In this document: positions 26,585-32,000 of the stretch, in pieces
How the letters are laid out: each line of letters starts with the position of its first letter
Position numbering within the stretch: position 1 is the stretch's first letter
Notes under the pieces: model-generated
Seen by the model: only the letters and a program-made list of their open reading frames with translations
Databases searched by the model: none
Told to the model about the DNA's origin: nothing
Position numbers and translations under genes: made by a program
Assembly: GCA_000025185.1 (NCBI GenBank)
Contig: CP001848.1
Span: 5,100,001-5,132,000, forward strand
From: Pirellula staleyi DSM 6068
Lineage (GTDB): Bacteria; Planctomycetota; Planctomycetia; Pirellulales; Pirellulaceae
Direction of reading: 5' to 3'
DNA: 32,000 nucleotides

Positions 26585-28006
26585 TTAGGCCTTGTAGTCC
26601 CACTGACGGATGTCGACAAAGTGTCCCGAAACAGCAGCGGCAGCGGCCATTGCGGGGCTGACGAGGTGAGTCCGACCACCCTTGCCTTGGCGACCTTCGA
26701 AGTTCCGGTTGCTGGTCGATGCACAGCGCTCGCCGGGGGCCAGTTTGTCGGGGTTCATCGCCAGGCACATGCTGCAGCCCGCTTCTCGCCAATCGAAACC
26801 GGCTTCTTTGAACACCTTATCGAGCCCTTCGGCTTCAGCTTCGCGTTTCACTTGACCACTGCCGGGCACAACCATGGCGCTGACCGTGGGCGAAACTCGG
26901 TAGCCCTTGACCACCGCTGCTGCGGCGCGAAGATCGCCGATGCGACCGTTGGTGCACGAGCCGATAAACACTCGGTTGATCGCAATCTTCTCGATCGGGG
27001 TGCCAGCTTCGAGCCCCATGTAATCAAGCGCGCTGGCAGTCGCTTTCTGCTCGGTGGGATCGGTGAAATCGCCGGGGCTGGGAACCTTGGCAATTACCGG
27101 GGCGACTTGGCCAGGGTTGGTGCCCCAAGTGACCTGTGGCGAGATGTCAGACGCTTTGTACACGAGCGTTTTGTCGTAAGTGCAGCCTGGATCGCTGGGG
27201 AGGAGTTTCCACTTTTCGACAGCGGCATCGAAGGCAGCCCCCTGGGGGGCGAAGTCGCGACCGCGCACGTATTCGAACGTCGTTTCGTCGGGAGCGATCA
27301 TACCGGCGCGAGCGCCCGCTTCGATCGACATATTGCAGACCGTCATCCGCTCTTCCATGTTCAGGTTGCGGATCGCTTCACCGGTGTATTCGATCACATA
27401 GCCAGTGCCGCCATCGGTGGTGATCTGACCGATGAGGAAGAGGATCAAGTCCTTCGCCGTCACGCCGCGGCCCAGTTTGCCATCAACACGCAGCTCGAGT
27501 GTTTTGGGGAGCGACTGCAGGAGCGTTTGTGTCGCGAGAACATGCTCGACTTCGCTCGTGCCGATGCCGAACGCCAAAGCGCCGAACGCGCCGTGCGTGG
27601 CGGTGTGGCTGTCGCCGCACACGATCGTCATGCCCGGCTGGGTGAAGCCGTTCTCGGGGCCGATGACGTGCACGATCCCTTGGCGGACATCGTGCATGTC
27701 GTAGAGACGAATGCCGAACTCTTTGCAGTTGTTGCGCAAGCACTCGACCTGTGCGAGCGAAATCGGGTCGGTGATCGGCAGGCTGCGATCGCTAGTCGGA
27801 ATGTTGTGATCGGGAGTCGCTACCGTTAGCTCAGGACGCCGTACCTTGCGACCTGCCAGCCGCAGCCCTTCGAAGGCCTGGGGACTGGTGACTTCGTGCA
27901 CCAGGTGCAGGTCGATATAGAGCACCGACTGTTTACCGGGTTGAGCATGTACAACGTGATTGTCCCAGATTTTCTGGAACATCGTCCGCGGAGCTGTGGC
28001 GGTCAT
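26585..28006 (-). CDS. leuC: 3-isopropylmalate dehydratase large subunit
   Basis: [12 protein letters not shown]-terminus, [24 protein letters not shown], and the aconitase-family Cys ligand motifs GSCTNGR and CSMCLAMN. Confidence 0.95.
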   Translation of the reverse strand: MTATAPRTMFQKIWDNHVVHAQPGKQSVLYIDLHLVHEVTSPQAFEGLRLAGRKVRRPELTVATPDHNIPTSDRSLPITDPISLAQVECLRNNCKEFGIRLYDMHDVRQGIVHVIGPENGFTQPGMTIVCGDSHTATHGAFGALAFGIGTSEVEHVLATQTLLQSLPKTLELRVDGKLGRGVTAKDLILFLIGQITTDGGTGYVIEYTGEAIRNLNMEERMTVCNMSIEAGARAGMIAPDETTFEYVRGRDFAPQGAAFDAAVEKWKLLPSDPGCTYDKTLVYKASDISPQVTWGTNPGQVAPVIAKVPSPGDFTDPTEQKATASALDYMGLEAGTPIEKIAINRVFIGSCTNGRIGDLRAAAAVVKGYRVSPTVSAMVVPGSGQVKREAEAEGLDKVFKEAGFDWREAGCSMCLAMNPDKLAPGERCASTSNRNFEGRQGKGGRTHLVSPAMAAAAAVSGHFVDIRQWDYKA

Positions 28007-28271
28007 GGCGTTTCAAACGAGTCCGTAAATCACACGAAAACAAGAAGGCGGCCCGGCTGGCGATCGGTTGCTAACTCGGCCGTAACGAATCTTCAATTAT
28101 AGATGACTGGCGGTCGTCAGGCGAGGGCTTGGCGGGAACTTGCGTGACCTCCGTTTTGCAGCAAAAGCAGAGCTGCGTCAAAACGGCTCAGCGGAGCCTC
28201 GAGCCCTTAAAAAACGGTCACTTTGACCAGTTTGGCAAAGCGCGGAAATGAGCTATCCCGCCAGCAGCGAA

Positions 28272-29975
28272 CTAGCCCACCAGTTGCTGGGGTTCGTCGG
28301 CCGGTTCTTTCAGCACATCGTGCTCGAGCCACCAGCTGCGGGCATCGGCAAATTTCCACTTACCAGCCGACTCGCAATCGTCGAGCGCTGCGGCAAGTTC
28401 GGCCGCCGATTGATAGCGGTCGTCGGGATTTTTTCGAAGGCACCGCATGATCACCGTTTCGAGATCGTCGGGAACTTCGCGGCGATGCACGCTCGGGGGA
28501 ACCGGCTCGTCGTGCGCGTGGCTGATGAGCACCTTGAGCGGCTTTTCGTTCTCAAACGGAGGTCGCCCGGAGACCAAGTAGTAGAGCACCGTGCCGAGCG
28601 AATAAATGTCGCTGCGGGCATCGGGCTCGCGATCGCCGGTGGCTTGCTCGGGAGACATATAGAGCGGCGAGCCGGTGATCGTCCCTTCCTGCGTCAGGTT
28701 GGCAGCTTCCAGGTCGTCCATCGGTTTGGCGAGGCCGAAATCGAGGATTTTGGCGACGTCGAACAGTCCACCACGAGCCGCAGCGAAGATGTTCGCGGGC
28801 TTAATGTCGCGGTGAATGAGCCCCACTTCATGCGCTTCCTGCAGAGCGTCGCAGGCTTGCCGAATCAGGTGAATCACGCGGGCTGGTGGCATCGCTCCAT
28901 AGCGGCGCACGAGTTCCGAGAGGTTCATCCCGGGAAGGAACTCCATCACGTAGTAGAACGTTCCGTCGTCGGCCCGGCCGTAGTCGAAAATATCGATGCT
29001 ATTCCAGTGCGACAGTTTGGCGGTTGCCTGTACTTCCCGTTCAAAACGGGCCAGGACCTTAGGATCTCCCGCTTTTTCGGGGCGAATCACCTTGATAGCG
29101 CAGGGGCGTTTCATCAGCTGATGTTCGCCGAGATAAACCTCCCCCATACCGCCAGCACCGATCAGCCGCTTCAGCTTGTACTGCCCCAGCCGACGGGCTT
29201 GATAGGCCTGCGTTCTCAGGGAGTTGATGGTATGCACGCCCCACACGGCCGAGACCGCTGCGGTCGACATCACGAGGATGGTTTCCACGAGGATCGAGGT
29301 GTTTTCGACCAGGATCGAGCCGACAGCATCGTTGGAGATCGCGATTCCCAAGGTGACGATGGTCGGAAACGCTGCCATGGCGCCGATGACGCTCGCCGCC
29401 CGCTGCCAGGCATTGGGAATGAACAGAGCGTAGACAAAGATCGGTAAGAGCCAGACAGCCGACAGTCCGGGGTGAACATCTTTGTTCTCCACCATGTCGA
29501 CCGTTTTGCCAAACTGAATGAGGACGAAGAAGGCAATCGGCAGGCCAAAGACCGCGAGTTCGAGCCAGCGAAGCGAGGCGATCGACTTGGTGCATTTGCC
29601 GCAGAGCGACAATCCAATGCCAGCCAGTGCAACGGTGACCGCGATGTGCGAGAGAAGCGTGTAGAACTCGAGATTCGTCGCCAGCTTGGTGAGCGAGAGA
29701 TGCCAGAGCAAAAAGGTAGCGAAACCACTCGCCAGCACGAGGGAAGCACTGCGCAGCCGCGAACGCAGCAGCTGTTCGGTTTCGCCAGTCAGTTCTCCGC
29801 CGGTCCCTTCGACAAGGTGAACGCGGCAGAATTCCTCCTGGCTGTCGGCATGTTCAGCGGGGGCATCGAGTGTTGCATCACCCGGCCCAACCACTTTTAG
29901 AGGAAGGCGTGAATCCAATTGCGAGGCCTCAAACGAGAGAGCGTCCGAGCGACCAGTGGAGAGGTCTTTTATCAT
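28272..29975 (-). CDS. membrane Ser/Thr protein kinase: N-terminal ~6-TM domain, C-terminal Hanks-type kinase domain
   Basis: GAGGMGEVY (P-loop), AIKVI (Lys), HRDIKPANIF, DFGLAK and SPLYMSPEQ. Six hydrophobic segments lie between residues ~76 and 250. AAGGGA lies 6 nt upstream of ATG 29975. Confidence 0.9.
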   Translation of the reverse strand: MIKDLSTGRSDALSFEASQLDSRLPLKVVGPGDATLDAPAEHADSQEEFCRVHLVEGTGGELTGETEQLLRSRLRSASLVLASGFATFLLWHLSLTKLATNLEFYTLLSHIAVTVALAGIGLSLCGKCTKSIASLRWLELAVFGLPIAFFVLIQFGKTVDMVENKDVHPGLSAVWLLPIFVYALFIPNAWQRAASVIGAMAAFPTIVTLGIAISNDAVGSILVENTSILVETILVMSTAAVSAVWGVHTINSLRTQAYQARRLGQYKLKRLIGAGGMGEVYLGEHQLMKRPCAIKVIRPEKAGDPKVLARFEREVQATAKLSHWNSIDIFDYGRADDGTFYYVMEFLPGMNLSELVRRYGAMPPARVIHLIRQACDALQEAHEVGLIHRDIKPANIFAAARGGLFDVAKILDFGLAKPMDDLEAANLTQEGTITGSPLYMSPEQATGDREPDARSDIYSLGTVLYYLVSGRPPFENEKPLKVLISHAHDEPVPPSVHRREVPDDLETVIMRCLRKNPDDRYQSAAELAAALDDCESAGKWKFADARSWWLEHDVLKEPADEPQQLVG

Positions 29976-30199
29976 ACCCAGTCCCTTGCGTGCCGTCGAA
30001 CAGTTCGCTCCACGAATCGCTCCCTTAGTAGACGCCTCACGCGTCCGTAAGGTTCTTTCGAAATCCCTGCCTGCGAAGCGATTCGTCGATTTTGTCCAAC
30101 AATTTGCCCCTGGATCACCGCCTGCCGACCCAAGAGCGAAGGGGGCACCAAGCCACCACTGCTGATGCGATCGGCCAATTCTCGTAGCACCTGCTTCAC
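29972..30199 (-). CDS. candidate 75-aa Fis-type (HTH_8-like) DNA-binding micro-protein, translationally coupled to the kinase
   Basis: Its stop overlaps the kinase ATG as ATGA (29975-29972). GRQAVIQGQIVGQNRRIASQAGISKEPYGRVRRLL resembles the ERxxIxxAL..GN...AA..LGISR.TL.RKL pattern of Fis/NtrC C-terminal HTH. Against it: GTG start without an SD, and GC3 of about 56% by my count versus roughly 68% in the neighbouring response-regulator gene. Confidence 0.3.
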   Translation of the reverse strand: MKQVLRELADRISSGGLVPPSLLGRQAVIQGQIVGQNRRIASQAGISKEPYGRVRRLLRERFVERTVRRHARDWV

Positions 30200-30933
30200 C
30201 GAGTCAGAACGTGCACTTTCCTAAGTCGCTTTCGGGCTGCGACTTCCACCCGAAATGTGGTTCCATCGGTTATCTCCGATCTTGAAGCGCCGCTGAACCA
30301 CCGTGACTGGTTACGTCTCAGCAAAAGTGCATGCATAGAGAGATGCGGTGACGGGACGGACCCGCCTCAAAAAACCGCGACTCGACACGGCCACTCGCAC
30401 CTCTCTCTAGGTGGACATTTGGCCAACCATGTTACACCAAATGGCAATATTCTCGCCTTCGAGGGTCGAGCCACACGACAAGACTGATCCATTACCGCAC
30501 ACCTGGCAGACCTTAAGTGCGGTCGAGGGGTGAAAATTTCGCACTAACGTCCATCTATCAACCCGTAGCACTTGGAGCGTTAGAACGACAGATGTAAACT
30601 GCACGTAGAAGCGATTGAGTGAGAATTTTTCCTTACAAAAACCCCTCCAAATGAGTTGACTGGCTCCTCGTTAGAGCCACAACCAAACCACTTGAGAGCA
30701 GGGAGCAAGGAAAGAACTGAGTGCACGCTTAATCGACGACTGGTTCCAGTAACTTGGAGCAGCTGAATCGAGCTGGCACTCCGGGCAGTCAATACAGTCT
30801 GCATAGTGTGTGTGCAATTTTTAGCACGCTTCCACGTTAGGTCAGATGATTTGCAAGGTCGGATCGATTCGCGGCGGGATTGCCGCGGCTCGTGTCGGTG
30901 GTGAAGGGAACTCCATACGGGAATCGTAAGAAT

Positions 30934-31569
30934 ATGGCGATCGGCGTGCTGGTGATCGACGACCAGGAAGTTGTCAGGCTTGGACTCGCGCAGTTGCTGA
31001 CCGGAACTCCGCTCGAAGTAGTAGCCGAGGCTGCCACCATCGATCAGGGCCTACGTTTGCTCGACAACCCAGGCATTGCACTCGCGCTGGTCGATGTGCG
31101 GCTGGCGGGTGGTGAAGATGGCCTCGCGGGACTTGGTCGCTTGAAACATGCCAAGCCGAGCTTGCCGGTGGTGATGTTCAGTGCTTTTGAGAACCCGACC
31201 TACATTGCCCGTGCCTTCGCTCTCGGAGCTGCTGGCTTCATTCCGAAGGGAATGCCCCGCGAAGATCTGATTGCCGCTCTCGAAACGGCCGGCAACAAGC
31301 AAACACTATGGAAGCGCGATCAGCTGCGACGCGTGAGCTCGGCTTTGGCCGCAGCCCGTATCGATCAGCAGATCGAGGCCCCGCTGACCCAGCGTGAAGG
31401 GGAAGTGCTGAAGCATGTTTGCTCGGGTCGCACGAATCAGCAAATCGCCGAGCTTTTGGGGATCAGCTACGAGACGGTGAAAGAGCACGTCCAGCATTTG
31501 CTTGAAAAGATCGGGGTCGCCGACCGCACGCAGGCTGCCATTTGGGCCGTTCGTGCTGGTTTGGCTTAA
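30934..31569 (+). CDS. NarL/LuxR-family response regulator (REC + LuxR-type HTH)
   Basis: VLVIDDQ acidic pocket, LALVDVRL phospho-acceptor Asp, VVMFSAF and IPKG. C-terminal LTQREGEVLKHVCSGRTNQQIAELLGISYETVKEHV. I chose the ATG at 30934. The track ORF starts at 30880. Confidence 0.85.
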   Translation: MAIGVLVIDDQEVVRLGLAQLLTGTPLEVVAEAATIDQGLRLLDNPGIALALVDVRLAGGEDGLAGLGRLKHAKPSLPVVMFSAFENPTYIARAFALGAAGFIPKGMPREDLIAALETAGNKQTLWKRDQLRRVSSALAAARIDQQIEAPLTQREGEVLKHVCSGRTNQQIAELLGISYETVKEHVQHLLEKIGVADRTQAAIWAVRAGLA

Positions 31570-31732
31570 TTAACCCACCACCACTTCTTGGGGCTTCGAT
31601 CGCGCGGTGATTCTTGCCGCGCGACACCTGGCGCGCTACATTCCACAGCCCCGACGACTGCCGGTCACTTGATCGGCGCGATTCGGCCTCCCTGGAACAC
31701 CATTCTCTTGCGCCCAGAAGAAACCTGCCCGC

Positions 31733-32000
31733 ATGGCCCCCTCGACCGACATCCGCATCCGCTCCGTCTCGTTCGATCGCGAGCGTATTGGCTATCGCAG
31801 CCCCATCAAGTTTGGCGGACGCGTGGTCACCGATGCGGTTCTGTTCAACGTCCGCTTGGAGGTGGAAACGCGCAACGGCATTGTTGGCCAAGGTCTCGGC
31901 AGCATGCCGATGGGAAACGTGTGGGCCTGGCCTTCGAATGTGGTGTCGACCGAGCAAACGCTCGCCGCGTTGCTTCGTTTTGCAGAACTGGCAACACTCG
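31733..32000 (+). CDS. 5' part of an enolase-superfamily (mandelate racemase / muconate lactonizing enzyme-like) gene, truncated by the window edge
   Basis: Not in the ORF track because it has no stop in the window. ATG 31733 opens a frame to 32000 encoding MAPSTDIRIRSVSFDRERIGYRSPIKFGGRVVTDAVLFNVRLEVETRNGIVGQGLGSMPMGN. This pattern is typical of the N-terminal capping domain (I..PL..PF......V...V.V.V.T..G..G.G). The overlapping minus ORF 31463..31957 looks like a shadow. Confidence 0.45.
   Translation, partial: MAPSTDIRIRSVSFDRERIGYRSPIKFGGRVVTDAVLFNVRLEVETRNGIVGQGLGSMPMGNVWAWPSNVVSTEQTLAALLRFAELATL

Noticed and set aside
28152-28186. Long imperfect hairpin CCGTTTTGCAGC...GCTGCGTCAAAACGG between the kinase stop and leuC, considered as a leu attenuator or terminator.
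   Set aside because: There is no U-run on either strand and no Leu-rich leader peptide ORF. It may still be a weak terminator, but I cannot support a call.
30206-30245. AGGAAAGT on the minus strand plus an adjacent stem, superficially like the RNase P GAGGAAAGTCC box.
   Set aside because: The match stops after AGGAAAGT (no TCCGGGC). None of the other conserved RNase P, SRP, tmRNA or 6S features could be found in the region.
1-32000. Search for a CRISPR array, transposase/integrase, inverted terminal repeats, toxin-antitoxin pairs, or a reverse transcriptase/retron/DGR.
   Set aside because: I saw no regularly spaced direct repeats. No ORF has recombinase, RT, nuclease-toxin or Cas-like motifs. 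All low-GC stretches are intergenic spacers without terminal repeats.

Overview
High-GC bacterial chromosomal window. Hand counts give about 60% G+C in coding stretches and 40-47% in three long intergenic regions. I can support about 27 protein-coding genes, one doubtful 75-codon ORF, and three rho-independent terminators. I found no rRNA, tRNA, CRISPR array, transposase, integrase or long repeat. The gene content suggests a Planctomycetota (Pirellulales-like) genome, but that is inference only: an ECF sigma factor with a FecR+LamG anti-sigma, a multi-TM Ser/Thr kinase, and many secreted or lipoprotein hypotheticals. Most of the window is ordinary core metabolism and envelope or oxidative-stress housekeeping: ruvX, bioB, leuCD, a 2-Cys peroxiredoxin, cytochrome c peroxidase, HtrA, an S9 peptidase, an amidase and a gamma-carbonic-anhydrase-like protein. 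I see no convincing defence island or mobile element. Five items are most worth a second look. (1) An HtrA paralogue with a PDZ domain nested inside the protease fold, and Ser and Cys where the catalytic His and Ser are expected, next to a canonical HtrA. (2) A signalling locus made of a 6-TM Ser/Thr kinase, a possible translationally coupled Fis-type HTH micro-ORF, a roughly 730 bp low-GC non-coding region and a divergent orphan NarL-type response regulator. (3) A short PSP1/RicT-like protein with a Cys6His2 tail, divergent from bioB. (4) An anti-sigma factor with an unassigned C-terminal domain of about 195 aa. (5) An amidase and a secreted S9 peptidase joined by an ATGA overlap. Many long ORFs in the supplied track are antisense shadows of real genes and were rejected.
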